The translations under genes and the position numbers were made by a program. From Marispirochaeta sp. (lineage in GTDB: Bacteria > Spirochaetota > Spirochaetia > JC444 > Marispirochaetaceae), in contig CAXXFF010000002.1 in the NCBI GenBank assembly GCA_963676835.2, forward strand, positions 704,001-768,000: DNA of 64,000 bases, read 5' to 3'. Below are positions 36,604-47,600 of the stretch, piece after piece; position 1 is the stretch's first letter, and every line of letters begins with the position of its first letter. The notes below the pieces were generated by a model. That model was not told the origin of the DNA. It saw only the letters and a list, made by a program, of their open reading frames with translations, and did no database searches.

Positions 36604-37706
36604 AAAAAAACATAGCCAGCGGCGGAAGCCGCAGTTCTTCAGCAGTTGTAAGCACCCTTGTTCTGGCGGTGATTGCCATTCTGTGGGTTCTGCCCGCTTT
36701 CGGAGTGTTTGTTACCTCCTTCAGGGATTCCCGGGATATTTTCTCTTCCGGCTGGTGGACAATCCTGCCCCACAAAGCCTGGGAAAAAACTGATGAGTTT
36801 ATTGTTCCCGATACTGTAAACCTTGATGGAGCCTTTGAGCTGGAAGGGGTAAGCGGCGAGTTTGCCGACTGGCGGCAGGGTATCGAGGTAGGGGACAACC
36901 GCATGCTCCAGTGGTACGGCAACAAGCGGACCCGAAAGGTAGAGGTTTTTGAAAAGAAGTGGGTCGGTTTCGGGGCCAATACCACCCTGGACAACTATAA
37001 AAATGTTCTCTCCGGCGGGACAATCACTTTTAAGGATGCTTCCGGAGCAGAGATAACCCGGCAGGGCAATAATTTCTCTGATGCGGTATTGAACAGTCTG
37101 GCGGTTTCCATTCCGGCAACCCTTATTCCAATTCTGATCGCAGCTTTTGCGGCCTATGCCTTTGCCTGGATGGAGTTTCCCGGACGCAAGCTGAGCTTCT
37201 CCCTGGTGGTGGCCCTGCTTGTGGTTCCCCTGCAGATAGCACTTATTCCGGTCTTGCGTGATTTTACCGGCCTTGGGCTCAACGGAACCTATATGGCCAT
37301 GTGGCTTGCCCATACCGGCTTCGGCCTTCCCCTGGCAATATACCTGCTTTTCAATTACATAAGTCAGCTGCCCCGGGATATTCTGGAATCCGCCTTTCTC
37401 GACGGTGCATCTCCCTTTACCACATTCGTCCGGCTGATTCTGCCCCTGTCGGTACCGGCACTGGCAAGTTTCGCCATTTTCCAGTTTCTCTGGGTCTGGA
37501 ACGACTATCTGGTGGCCCTTATTTTCCTGGGAGATACCAACCGGGTTGTTACCAGTGCTCTTGCCGCTATGGTGGGCGAGAAGGGGCAGGACTGGCATCT
37601 GCTTACCTCCGGCGCTTTCCTGAGTATGATTCTGCCGCTGGCGGTATTCTTCTCTCTTCAGCGCTTCTTTGTCCGCGGGCTTATGGCCGGTTCTGTAAAG
37701 GGCTGA
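36600..37706 (+). CDS. Sugar ABC transporter permease (AglG-like)
   Basis: LESAFLDGA, FQFLWVWNDYLVAL and QRFFVRGLMAGSVKG. Confidence 0.92.
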   Translation: MKKNIASGGSRSSSAVVSTLVLAVIAILWVLPAFGVFVTSFRDSRDIFSSGWWTILPHKAWEKTDEFIVPDTVNLDGAFELEGVSGEFADWRQGIEVGDNRMLQWYGNKRTRKVEVFEKKWVGFGANTTLDNYKNVLSGGTITFKDASGAEITRQGNNFSDAVLNSLAVSIPATLIPILIAAFAAYAFAWMEFPGRKLSFSLVVALLVVPLQIALIPVLRDFTGLGLNGTYMAMWLAHTGFGLPLAIYLLFNYISQLPRDILESAFLDGASPFTTFVRLILPLSVPALASFAIFQFLWVWNDYLVALIFLGDTNRVVTSALAAMVGEKGQDWHLLTSGAFLSMILPLAVFFSLQRFFVRGLMAGSVKG

Positions 37707-37726
37707 TTCTCCCGGAGATTTCTATT

Positions 37727-37754
37727 AAGAACCCCCGTTGCCGGGGGTTCTTTC
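37727..37754 (+). terminator. Intrinsic terminator
   Basis: AAGAACCCCCG-ttgc-CGGGGGTTCTT hairpin followed by Ts. Confidence 0.75.
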
Positions 37755-37892
37755 TGATAAAACCTTTCTATAGTAAAGTGACTAATTATTCTCAGGTCTG
37801 TTGAAAACTCAAGATATTTTCTCTATATTGTTGAACGTGGAACAATTTGCGCTTCTGTTCTACAGCTCTTTGGATATGGAGAACAAAGGAAA

Positions 37893-38750
37893 ATGAAATA
37901 TATAGGTGCCCATGTGAGTGCCGCCGGGGGCGTTCAGAATGCACCGGAGAACGCGAAAGCCATAGGGGCCAATGCCTTTGCCCTTTTTACCAAAAATCAG
38001 CGTCAGTGGCAGGCCCGTCCTCTCGGGGACGAAGAGATTGCACTCTTTAAAGCAAACCTGAACGCATCGGGCATTGCTCCGGAGTATGTTCTTCCCCATG
38101 ATTCCTATCTGATAAATCTCGGGAACCCGGATCCAGATAAAAGGAAAAAGAGTTATGACTCCTTCCTCGATGAAATTATCCGGGCGGAACAGCTTGGCCT
38201 TTCCCTTCTCAATTTTCACCCCGGCAGCCATCTCAAGCTTATTTCCGAGGATGACTGTCTCAAGCTGATTGCAGAAGCCATGAATGAGGCAATTTCCCGT
38301 ACACAGAAGACCGTGCTGGTAATTGAGAATACCGCCGGTCAGGGCAGTAATGTTGGCTACCGTTTTGAGCATCTGGCCCGGCTTATTGAGCTTACAGAGA
38401 ATAAAAAGAGGGTTGGAGTCTGCATCGACACCTGTCATGCCTTTGCCGCCGGTTATGACCTGCGGACAGAGGAGTCCTGGAACACTCTTATGCAGGATTT
38501 TGATTCTGTAATCGGCAAAGAGTATCTGAAAGCCATGCATATTAACGATGCCAAATCGGAGTTTTCCAGCAGGGTGGACCGGCATGCGCCCCTCGGGGAG
38601 GGCAACATAGGCTGGGAAGGATTCCGGGCACTTATGCAGGACCCCCGTACCGACAATATTCCCCTTATTCTTGAAACAACCGATCCCGACAGATGGACGG
38701 AAGAAATTAAGACCCTGCGGTCCTTTGGAGAAGAACATGAGTCAGCTTGA
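37893..38750 (+). CDS. nfo: Endonuclease IV (AP endonuclease)
   Basis: [41 protein letters not shown] and HINDAK..SRVDRH. Confidence 0.96.
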   Translation: MKYIGAHVSAAGGVQNAPENAKAIGANAFALFTKNQRQWQARPLGDEEIALFKANLNASGIAPEYVLPHDSYLINLGNPDPDKRKKSYDSFLDEIIRAEQLGLSLLNFHPGSHLKLISEDDCLKLIAEAMNEAISRTQKTVLVIENTAGQGSNVGYRFEHLARLIELTENKKRVGVCIDTCHAFAAGYDLRTEESWNTLMQDFDSVIGKEYLKAMHINDAKSEFSSRVDRHAPLGEGNIGWEGFRALMQDPRTDNIPLILETTDPDRWTEEIKTLRSFGEEHESA

Positions 38751-40236
38751 AGAGTATTTTGCACCCTTTAGAAAAGGTATTACCGGCATTGATGCGAAGA
38801 TCCCCACACCCTATGGAACCAAGCCGCTTGTGTATGCCGACTGGATTGCCTCCGGCAGGCTCTACGGTCCTATTGAGGATGCCATGACCGGGATTATCGG
38901 GCCCCTTGTGGGGAATACCCACTCCGAGTCCTCAACCACCGGCCGAGCCATGACTGCCGCCTATCATGAGGCACATCAGATTCTTAAAAAACATGTAAAC
39001 GCCGGACCGAAAGATGTGATAATTACCGCCGGCAGCGGTATGACCGGAGTTATAAACAAGCTTCAGCGTATTCTCGGTATAAGGCTCCCCGAGCGTTCCC
39101 GGGATCTCTCTTCGGGGCTTCCTGAACACCGGGAGCCTGCTGCCTGCGATGAAGAGTGTCCCGTAGTGTTTGTAACCCACATGGAGCATCACTCAAACCA
39201 CATCAGCTGGCTGGAGACCGAGGCGGAAGTGGTGGTGCTTCCTCCGGATGAAGAGCTTAAGGTAAACCCCGCGGCACTGGAGAAGGAGCTTGAGCGTTAT
39301 AAGGACCGGCCCCTGAAAATCGGTTCGTTTTCCGCCAGTTCCAACGTAACCGGGCTCTTTCCTCCCTACCGGGAGCTTGCCCGGATTATGCACCGTAACG
39401 GCGGGTATGCCTTTGTAGATTTTGCCGCGTCCGCTCCCTATGTGGATATCGATATGCATCCATCCGATGATCCCGATGGATATCTGGATGCGGTTTTCTT
39501 TTCTCCCCATAAATTCCTCGGAGGCCCCGGAAGTTCCGGCGTAATGGTGTTCAACTCCAGTATGTACACCAATACCGTTCCGGATAATCCCGGCGGAGGA
39601 ACCGTTTCCTGGACCAACCGCTGGGGGGAACGGAGCTATGTCACCGATATTGAGGCCAGAGAAGACGGGGGAACTCCGGGATTCCTTCAGGTTATGCGGG
39701 CTGCTCTTGCAGTGCGGCTGAAGGAAAAGATGGGTACGGACAAGATAAAAGCCCGGGAAACAGAGTTGATCAGCCGCGCCATGAAGGAGCTCCGTGAAAT
39801 TGACGGTCTCCATATTCTGGCAGACTGTGATGATCCGAGGATTGGAGTAATTTCATTCTACATGGATAATATCCACCATAACCTGATTGTCCGTTTTCTG
39901 AACGACCGCTACGGCCTCCAGACCCGTGGCGGCTGTTCCTGTGCCGGAACCTACGGCCACTATCTGCTTCAGGTAAGCCGGGAGGACTCATCCTCCATTA
40001 CCAGTCAGATTGACAGTGGAGACCTTACCAACAAACCGGGCTGGGTCCGGGTTTCCCTGCATCCCACCATGACCGAAGCTGAGCTCGATCTGCTGGTGCA
40101 GGCTCTGAAGGATGTGCGGGAAAATTATGCTGCCTGGGCGGAGGATTATCGTTTTGATACCTGCTGCGGAGAGTATTTTCCCCGTAACGTCGAAGAGCAG
40201 CCCCTTATAACACTGAAAGAGCTGCCCCTCGTTTGA
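38737..40236 (+). CDS. Class V PLP-dependent aminotransferase / cysteine desulfurase-like
   Basis: [26 protein letters not shown] (PLP lysine) and [11 protein letters not shown] 38737 after GGAGA. Confidence 0.88.
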   Translation: MSQLEEYFAPFRKGITGIDAKIPTPYGTKPLVYADWIASGRLYGPIEDAMTGIIGPLVGNTHSESSTTGRAMTAAYHEAHQILKKHVNAGPKDVIITAGSGMTGVINKLQRILGIRLPERSRDLSSGLPEHREPAACDEECPVVFVTHMEHHSNHISWLETEAEVVVLPPDEELKVNPAALEKELERYKDRPLKIGSFSASSNVTGLFPPYRELARIMHRNGGYAFVDFAASAPYVDIDMHPSDDPDGYLDAVFFSPHKFLGGPGSSGVMVFNSSMYTNTVPDNPGGGTVSWTNRWGERSYVTDIEAREDGGTPGFLQVMRAALAVRLKEKMGTDKIKARETELISRAMKELREIDGLHILADCDDPRIGVISFYMDNIHHNLIVRFLNDRYGLQTRGGCSCAGTYGHYLLQVSREDSSSITSQIDSGDLTNKPGWVRVSLHPTMTEAELDLLVQALKDVRENYAAWAEDYRFDTCCGEYFPRNVEEQPLITLKELPLV

Positions 40237-40305
40237 GCTTGAGGCCAGTACATGATGCCGGCCTGAAGATTGATTAAGGCGGAGTTTATCTGCCGACCTA
40301 TTTAA

Positions 40306-42189
40306 CTATTTGCCTATAAGTTCAAAGAACTCGTCCCGCTCAAGCACCTCTTTTTCCCTGAGCCGGGACGTTACTTTTTCCAGCAGTTCCCTGTTGTCTT
40401 CCAGCAGTTTCTTAACCTCGTCGTAGCGCTGGTTTACAATGCGGGAAATTTCTTCGTCTATGTAGGTCTGGGTTGATTCGGCGTACTCCCGCTGCATATA
40501 GCCTTCCTGTCCGCCGAGCATCGGGGCCGACCTCTTTGAAAGGGCCACATTGCGGAAGCGTTCGCTCATGCCATACTCGGTGATCATGCTGCGGGCAATG
40601 TCTGTTGCCCGGGTAAGGTCATTGGAAGCTCCGGTGGACACCACCTCAAACACAATTTCTTCCGCTGCCCGGCCGCCTAAAAGTACATCAATTTTACCTA
40701 AAAGCTCTTTATGGGTAAGCAGGTAGCGGTCTTCCGTCGGGGTCTGCAGGGTATAACCCAGGGCACCGAAGCCTCTGGGAACAATGGAGATCTTGCTCAC
40801 CGGGTCTGACCCCTCTGTCATGGCGGCAACCAGGGCATGACCGGTTTCGTGGTAGGCTACAGTCTCCCGCTCCCGGGGATTGATCAGCTTGCTCTTCTTC
40901 TCAAGGCCGGCAACGGTTTTTTCTATGGCTTCCTTGAAGTCGCCGGTATTGATGCTTTTTCGTCCCTTACGAACCGCCAGCAGGGCAGCTTCATTGACGA
41001 TATTGGCAAGATCGGCACCTACAAATCCGGGGGTGAGCTTTGCAATTTCATCCAGATCGATATCTGTATCAAGCTTAACGTTCTGGCTGTGAATTTTCAG
41101 AATGGCCGCCCGGCCGCTTACATCGGGGCGGTCAACCAGAACCTGGCGGTCAAAGCGCCCGGGTCGCAGCAGGGCAGGATCCAGGATCTCCGGACGGTTG
41201 GTTGCTGCCAGAATTATTACGCCGGATTTTGCATCAAATCCGTCCATCTCTACAAGAAGCTGGTTCAGGGTTGTTTCCCGCTCATCATTACCGCCGATGG
41301 AATTGACCCGCGATTTTCCAATGGCATCAAGTTCGTCGATGAAAATTATACACGGAGCTTTTTCCCGTGCCTGTTTAAACAGGTCCCGCACCCTGGCTGC
41401 TCCGACACCAACGAACATTTCAACAAAATCAGCGCCGCTCATTCTGAAAAAGGGTACCTGGGCATTACCGGCAACAGCCCTGGCCAGCAGCGTTTTACCG
41501 GTACCCGGAGGGCCAACCAGGAGTACGCCCTTGGGGATCTTTCCGCCTATCTCCAGGTATTTGTCAGGTGCTGTAAGAAAATCAACTACTTCAACCAGCT
41601 CTTCCTTGGCTTCATCCGCACCGGCTACATCATCGAAGGTGACGTCAGTTGAGCCCTCTGCCACTATGATTGATTTGTTTTTTCCGAAGGACATGACATT
41701 GCCCCCCATATCCCCCATGCGCTTGAACATAAACCGCCATACAAGAATCAGTACGCCCATTGGGAGCAGCCAGCCCAGAAGCACATTAAGCAGGGTGGGG
41801 TCCTTTTTGGGTACTGCATAAAAGCTTAAGCCCTTTTCTTCCAGCAGCGGCACCAGATCCGGATCCGCTACCGGGACTGTACGGTATACAAAGCTTCCCG
41901 TACTGCTGTCGGCAGCGGCCTGGGGCTTTCCGATGTAGATGTCTTCCCCCATTTCGACACTGACGATCTCGCCGGAATTGATTTTCGCCTTAAATTCGCT
42001 GTACGGAATGGTTTTCTGCGTCAGCGGGTTCTGCGACAGAAATGCATTTATCACCATCAATCCGATGGTTACAGCCAGGAAGTAACCGAATGAAAATCGG
42101 TGTTTTTCAAAAAAAGGTTTGTCTTTCTGCGGCCCATGGTCACAATCTTTGTCGTTGTCCCAACAGCCTTTTTCGTTGCCCATACTCAT
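40306..42189 (-). CDS. ftsH: ATP-dependent zinc metalloprotease FtsH
   Basis: [36 protein letters not shown] and HETGH zinc motif; 2 N-terminal TMs. Confidence 0.97.
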   Translation of the reverse strand: MSMGNEKGCWDNDKDCDHGPQKDKPFFEKHRFSFGYFLAVTIGLMVINAFLSQNPLTQKTIPYSEFKAKINSGEIVSVEMGEDIYIGKPQAAADSSTGSFVYRTVPVADPDLVPLLEEKGLSFYAVPKKDPTLLNVLLGWLLPMGVLILVWRFMFKRMGDMGGNVMSFGKNKSIIVAEGSTDVTFDDVAGADEAKEELVEVVDFLTAPDKYLEIGGKIPKGVLLVGPPGTGKTLLARAVAGNAQVPFFRMSGADFVEMFVGVGAARVRDLFKQAREKAPCIIFIDELDAIGKSRVNSIGGNDERETTLNQLLVEMDGFDAKSGVIILAATNRPEILDPALLRPGRFDRQVLVDRPDVSGRAAILKIHSQNVKLDTDIDLDEIAKLTPGFVGADLANIVNEAALLAVRKGRKSINTGDFKEAIEKTVAGLEKKSKLINPRERETVAYHETGHALVAAMTEGSDPVSKISIVPRGFGALGYTLQTPTEDRYLLTHKELLGKIDVLLGGRAAEEIVFEVVSTGASNDLTRATDIARSMITEYGMSERFRNVALSKRSAPMLGGQEGYMQREYAESTQTYIDEEISRIVNQRYDEVKKLLEDNRELLEKVTSRLREKEVLERDEFFELIGK

Positions 42190-42274
42190 CCTCTCGTGAT
42201 AACCTTCCCCCGGTTATTCAATGAAAAGATAGTCAGGGTTGTGAAGAAAGGCAAACCCTGCCGGGACGGGAGAA

Positions 42275-44458
42275 ATGGATTTACACATTAACATCCTCCA
42301 ACTTCCTCTTATTCTCTCAAGCCTCTCCACGGTGGTAACCCTTTTTCTGGTTGCCCTGCGTACCAAAAGAAGATTTCATCAGCCCGTTGCCTATCTTATC
42401 TTCGGCGTGCTTTTATACAGCGGTTTTTATCTGCTGGAAACCTCCTCTCACGACCTTAATCTGGTGGTTCTGTTCAGCAACCTCAAGTACATTGGTGCCG
42501 TTACCATTCCGGTCTCATTTTTTCTCTTCGCCTGGAGCTTTGTGCGGACGAAGCCTTCTGGCCGGGAAATGAGAATCCTGTATCTTTTCTATCTGCCTCC
42601 CGCAGGAGTGCTTTTCTGTATTCTTGTTCCCCATTTCACCCATCTGGTTTTTCCCGGCTACGAGCTCTTTTATACCGGAGAAATTCTTCTTCATCGGCAT
42701 ACTCTGGGTCCGGTTTTCTGGGTCCACTTTTTCTATTCCTATATTATGACTCTCCTCGGCGCCTTTCTTCTGTTGAAGAATGCCATGTCGGAGGATGAAA
42801 AAGTATGCGGAAGCATAACTGCCCTGATTACAGCAAGTATTGTCCCTCTCCTGGGGAATATTGCCCATATCTTTCTATCTGAAGGGATTCTGAAATTTTA
42901 TGATATAACTCCCATTACATTTGCTGTTTCCAGTGTGCTCCTCGCCTTTGTTATTCTCAACTACCGAATAGATGATTATGTCTATCTCACCTATGATTCA
43001 CTGCTGAAAAACCTGAACGAAGGCATGATTGTTCTGGATCATGAAACCCGGATTGTTGAAATCAACCAGGCGGCAGCAGCCCTTTTCAGGCGCAGCCCGG
43101 AAGATATGAAAGGCCGTATACTGCGGGATACACTGGTAAAAAACAGAGGCCTCATCGATCGTTTCGGTTCAGTTTATGAAGCAAAGAGTGAGACTGAAAT
43201 TTATGTCGGCGAAGATACCCGCATCTGCCGGCTGCATATTTCTCCCCTCAAGGACCGCCGTCTTCCTGCTCCCGGAAGAATTATTCTGATCTGGGATGTA
43301 ACCGAACGGAGAAAGGCGGAAGAACAGGCGGCAAAAGCCTCCAGACTTGAATCGCTGGAACTGCTTGCCGGCGGTGTAGCCCATGATTTCAATAACCTGC
43401 TTACGGGTATTCACGGAAATCTTACCCTTTCGCGTCTGGAAAACAATGACCCCGCTGTGGCGGAGCATCTCGATACCATGGCCGAAGGTCTCGAACAGGC
43501 AGCAGCCCTTACCAGACAGCTGCAGGGATTTGCATCCCGGAATAATCCGGAGTCTGAAAAGATTTTTCTGCCCCGGCTCATTAAGGACTCCCTGGCTCTC
43601 TTTATCCGGGGAACGGATATTACCTCTACCCTGGATGCAAAAGAGGATCTCTGGGATGTGTTTGCCGATCCGGGACAGATTGCACAGGTGATCAACAACC
43701 TGATTGTCAACGCGGTACAGGCTCAGATGGGGAGCGGCAGCATTTCAGTCAGTGCGGAAAATGTGCTCATAGAAGCCGGAAGCGCCCTTGATCTTGCACC
43801 GGGCCGCTATGTCCATACTGTTTTTGCTGATCAGGGCCCGGGAATAAGTTCAGAAAATCTTTCCAGAATATTTGATCCCTATTTTACCACCAAGCAGACC
43901 GGGACCGGTCTCGGGCTGGCATCGGCTCTATCTATTGTCATAAAACACAGAGGTGTTCTGTATGCCGAAAACATCTGTGTGGGAGACCTGCAGGGAGATA
44001 CAGGAAAGCTAAAAGGCGCATGCTTTCATCTCTATCTTCCTTCTCTGGGTAATATCACCGTTCCCTGGGGTTCAGATACGGGAGAGAAGGTGCCCAAGGC
44101 TGATGGAATTGATCATATTGTTCTTCTTGACCGCAACCGCGACAGCCGTCTTGTTCTCGGAGCATACCTGACCCGTGAGAAATATCATGTTGAATGTTTC
44201 AGCTCTCCGGAAGAACTTGACGGATATTTCAGCAGTGAAGACGTTCCCCGGGTTGACTGTATTATTTTCGCAGAGACATCCACTCCTGAACCCGGTATGA
44301 AAAATCCGGAAGATCAGTTTCCTTTCTCGAACAGGGAGATTCCCCGGCTTGTACTGTACAGTGGTGATTGGCCGAAAGACTCCCGGCTTTTTCAGCCCGG
44401 GTCGCTGCAGGATATCTCCCGTGCGCTGCGTTCTCTTACAGAAACAGCGGATTCTTAA
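42275..44458 (+). CDS. Sensor histidine kinase (7TM N-terminus, PAS, HisKA, HATPase, degenerate receiver)
   Basis: AGGVAHDFNNLL H-box, NLIVNA, DQGPGI and FDPYFTTKQTGTGLGL. Confidence 0.9.
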   Translation: MDLHINILQLPLILSSLSTVVTLFLVALRTKRRFHQPVAYLIFGVLLYSGFYLLETSSHDLNLVVLFSNLKYIGAVTIPVSFFLFAWSFVRTKPSGREMRILYLFYLPPAGVLFCILVPHFTHLVFPGYELFYTGEILLHRHTLGPVFWVHFFYSYIMTLLGAFLLLKNAMSEDEKVCGSITALITASIVPLLGNIAHIFLSEGILKFYDITPITFAVSSVLLAFVILNYRIDDYVYLTYDSLLKNLNEGMIVLDHETRIVEINQAAAALFRRSPEDMKGRILRDTLVKNRGLIDRFGSVYEAKSETEIYVGEDTRICRLHISPLKDRRLPAPGRIILIWDVTERRKAEEQAAKASRLESLELLAGGVAHDFNNLLTGIHGNLTLSRLENNDPAVAEHLDTMAEGLEQAAALTRQLQGFASRNNPESEKIFLPRLIKDSLALFIRGTDITSTLDAKEDLWDVFADPGQIAQVINNLIVNAVQAQMGSGSISVSAENVLIEAGSALDLAPGRYVHTVFADQGPGISSENLSRIFDPYFTTKQTGTGLGLASALSIVIKHRGVLYAENICVGDLQGDTGKLKGACFHLYLPSLGNITVPWGSDTGEKVPKADGIDHIVLLDRNRDSRLVLGAYLTREKYHVECFSSPEELDGYFSSEDVPRVDCIIFAETSTPEPGMKNPEDQFPFSNREIPRLVLYSGDWPKDSRLFQPGSLQDISRALRSLTETADS

Positions 44459-44480
44459 GGGTAAAATAAGCTCTGAGAAA

Positions 44481-46376
44481 TCAGTCCGCCAGTTCCGCCA
44501 GGGTCTCCCAGCGTAGGGTTTTTTCGTCTATCTGACGGTTTATTGAATCATATTCCTGTTTCAGAATCCCCTGCTGTTCCGGGGCTGTGGCAGGGTCTGC
44601 AAAGGCCAGTTCCAGTTCCGCTTTTTTTTCTTCCAGCAATTCAATCTCCGGCAGCAGGGATTCAAACTCCCGCTGTTCCTTGAAACTGAGCCGTTTTTTT
44701 TCTTCCCTCTTCACCGGACGTGGTTCCTGTTTACGCCCCCTGGCAGAAGAGTTCTTCCCCTCCATAAGCTCCCGCCGTTTTTCCTGGCGAAGATAGGCAA
44801 GGTAATCGGAATAGCTGCCGGCAAAGGCATTGATATTGCCGCTGTTGTCCAGGATAAGCAGAAAATCCACCGTACGGTCGAGGAAGTATCTGTCATGGCT
44901 GACGGTGAGGATACAGCCTTCGAAACGGGAGAGAAAATCCTCCAGCAGGGAGAGGGTCTGGATATCAAGATCGTTGGTGGGCTCATCGAAGATAAGGAAG
45001 TTGGGATCCGGGAGAAGCACTTTGATAAGCTGAAGCCGACGCCGCTCACCTCCGGAGAGCTTCTTTATGGTGGTGTACCACTTGCCCCGGGGAAAATTGA
45101 AGTCCTCAAGAAGCCGGCTGATCTCCATTGGCTGTCCGTCTTCCTTGCGGATTATGTCGGCATACTCCTTGAGAAAGGCCATAACCGTTAGTTTCTCATC
45201 CATGCCTGCAGAGAGCTGGTCGAAATAGCCGAACCGGGTATTGATCCCGCTGTCCGCTCTGCCGCTGTCGGGTTCCAGGTCACCGGTGATCATTCTCAGC
45301 AGGGTTGTCTTGCCGCTGCCGTTGGGTCCCACAAGGCCGATACGCTCTCCCCGTTTGAATGAGTAGGTAAAAGGGGCAATTATGCGGCGCCCGTCGAAGG
45401 ATACCGTAAGATTCTTCAGTTCCAGAACTTTTTTACCCAGCCGGCGGTGGTTTACGCTGAATTCCCGTAAGGAGACCTCTTCCGCCTCTTCCCGGTCCAT
45501 CATGTTAATGATCCGCTCGGTGCGCTTTTTATCCTTGCCTGTGCGGGCTTTGGGCCCACGTTTGAGCCATTCCAGCTCACCACGGAGAATGGAGTTTATC
45601 CGCTCTTTCTGCCGCTCCCTGGCGGCAAGACGTTCTTCCCTTTTTTCCATGTAGAAGGAGTAGTTGCCGTCGTAACGGTACAGGGTCTCATCATCCAGCT
45701 CATAGATCCGGGTGGCAACGGTATCGAGAAAATAGCGGTCATGGGTAACCAGCAGCAGGGATGAGTCGGTCTTCTCCAGATAATCCTGCAGCCAGAGAAT
45801 TGTATCTATATCCAGATGGTTGGTTGGCTCGTCCAGAATCAGCAGATCATTCTGTCCGGCCAGTGCCTGAGCAAGGGATACTTTCTTGATCATTCCCCCC
45901 GAAAGGGTTCCCATGGGCAGTTCGAGATCGCTAATGCCTAACTCCTGCAGCACCGATCGTATCCGCTGTTCAATCTCCCAGGCGTTTTCCCTCTCCATGG
46001 CTTCCGTTGCCGCTGCAAAGCGGGCCTCAGCCTCGCTGTTATGCTGGTGGCTGAAGGCCGCCGAGGCTTCCTCATATTCACGGACAACCAGCAGCTGGGG
46101 GTTTTTCTGCCGGAAAATGTGATCCGCGATTGTCTCTTCCGGATCAAAATGGGGGACCTGGGGCTGATAGGCTATTCTTGCGGAACTGTTGAAGATTACC
46201 TCTCCCGAACCGGGAGGCAAAGCTCCTGCAAGAATACGGAGCAGGGTGGTTTTGCCGCTGCCGTTTATACCGATAAGGGCGGTCTTTTCGCCGGAATCTA
46301 TTCCGAAAGAGAGATCCGAAAAGAGCTTCCGGTCTCCGAGGCTTTTACTGATTGAGTTAACCGAGATGATATTCAT
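44481..46376 (-). CDS. ABC-F family ATP-binding protein (Uup-like)
   Basis: Two ABC domains (GINGSGKT and GPNGSGKT, LSGG, DEPTN) and a C-terminal RLSFKEQRE coiled coil. Confidence 0.93.
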   Translation of the reverse strand: MNIISVNSISKSLGDRKLFSDLSFGIDSGEKTALIGINGSGKTTLLRILAGALPPGSGEVIFNSSARIAYQPQVPHFDPEETIADHIFRQKNPQLLVVREYEEASAAFSHQHNSEAEARFAAATEAMERENAWEIEQRIRSVLQELGISDLELPMGTLSGGMIKKVSLAQALAGQNDLLILDEPTNHLDIDTILWLQDYLEKTDSSLLLVTHDRYFLDTVATRIYELDDETLYRYDGNYSFYMEKREERLAARERQKERINSILRGELEWLKRGPKARTGKDKKRTERIINMMDREEAEEVSLREFSVNHRRLGKKVLELKNLTVSFDGRRIIAPFTYSFKRGERIGLVGPNGSGKTTLLRMITGDLEPDSGRADSGINTRFGYFDQLSAGMDEKLTVMAFLKEYADIIRKEDGQPMEISRLLEDFNFPRGKWYTTIKKLSGGERRRLQLIKVLLPDPNFLIFDEPTNDLDIQTLSLLEDFLSRFEGCILTVSHDRYFLDRTVDFLLILDNSGNINAFAGSYSDYLAYLRQEKRRELMEGKNSSARGRKQEPRPVKREEKKRLSFKEQREFESLLPEIELLEEKKAELELAFADPATAPEQQGILKQEYDSINRQIDEKTLRWETLAELAD

Positions 46377-46601
46377 GGGCAGGTTCTATTTGTACTCGGA
46401 TTTTCCCGGCGTGTCTGCCCCTGCTGCTTCCTTCTTTATTCTCACTCCTTGCTTCCAACTCCTTCCTCTGTGTTCCTCCTGTTGTTTGTGAGTCAGCTCC
46501 GGGATGGCCCGTATTTTTACGTAGCCGAAGCGGTGTTTACCTGTTACAGTAGAGGTCTATGCCTGCAAACAGGGCATAAGCATGCATTTCAAGGACAGGT
46601 T

Positions 46602-47558
46602 ATGAAGAACTTTAGACAATTTCTCACCGCTTCTGCAGCGGTGCTTATGATGCTTTTTGTGCTGGGCGGCTGTTCCGACAAAAAATCATCAAAACTCAGT
46701 ATCTCCAATGAAGAGCTTGATGCGGAGCTGAACAAGACTCTTGTTCAATATGCTGCACAGGGAAGACAGGTCAGCGACGATGAGAAGGCTCAACTTCGTA
46801 CCGCTATTCTGAATCAGATGGTAGAGCGGCTGGTTATGTTTGCCGAGGCGGACAGTCTTGGTATTGAGGTTGATAAAGATAAACTGGAGCAGGAATATCA
46901 GTCCATCGTCAGCCAGTTCCCCACAGAAGAAGCTTTTGCACAAGCCCTGAAACAGCGTGGTTATACTGCAGAACTCTTTAAAGAAGAGATGGCAGGGATT
47001 CTGCGTATACAGAAATTTCTGGAGGAGACTGTAAGTTCATCCATTGCTGTGTCCGAAGAGGAGATCCAGTCCTATTACGAGGAAAACCCCGATTACTTTG
47101 GTACCCCTGAGAAGGTAAGCGCTTCTCATATTCTTATTCAGGTAGCACCCGATGCCGATGCGGCTGTAAAGGCCCAGGCTATGACAAAAATTGAAGCGGT
47201 AAAGGCAAAGGCCGATGCGGGTGAAGATTTTGCCGCCCTGGCAAAGGAGTTTTCCGAAGGACCCTCCGGACCAAGCGGCGGGGATCTGGGCAGTTTCGGC
47301 CGGGGAGAGATGGTTAAGCCCTTCGAGGATGCTGCCTTTGCCATGGAAATCGGTGATGTCAGCGATGTAGTAGAAACCCAGTTCGGTTATCATATTATCA
47401 AGGTGACAGATAAATCAGAACCGGGTGCCCTCAGTTACCAGGAGGCACGGGAGGCAATTCTCGGCTTTCTCAAGCAGGACAAGGAACAGTCCGCTGCTGC
47501 CGACTATATCGAAACTCTGAAGGAAAAATATCCCATAGAGACCCCCGCCGAAGGCTGA
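46602..47558 (+). CDS. PpiC/parvulin-type peptidyl-prolyl isomerase lipoprotein (PrsA/SurA-like)
   Basis: Lipobox VLGGC; ASHILI, FAALAKEFSE, GGDLGSF, MVKPFEDAAF and TQFGYHII. Confidence 0.92.
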   Translation: MKNFRQFLTASAAVLMMLFVLGGCSDKKSSKLSISNEELDAELNKTLVQYAAQGRQVSDDEKAQLRTAILNQMVERLVMFAEADSLGIEVDKDKLEQEYQSIVSQFPTEEAFAQALKQRGYTAELFKEEMAGILRIQKFLEETVSSSIAVSEEEIQSYYEENPDYFGTPEKVSASHILIQVAPDADAAVKAQAMTKIEAVKAKADAGEDFAALAKEFSEGPSGPSGGDLGSFGRGEMVKPFEDAAFAMEIGDVSDVVETQFGYHIIKVTDKSEPGALSYQEAREAILGFLKQDKEQSAAADYIETLKEKYPIETPAEG

Positions 47559-47600
47559 GGTCTCTTAAGGACTTTTAAGGTCTTTCAAAGTTACTAAAGG

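Noticed and set aside
42247..42274. GGCAAACC...GGGACG resembling a c-di-GMP-I riboswitch fragment
   Set aside because: Lacks the GNRA-capped P2, the GCAAA junction and P3; too short before the ATG.
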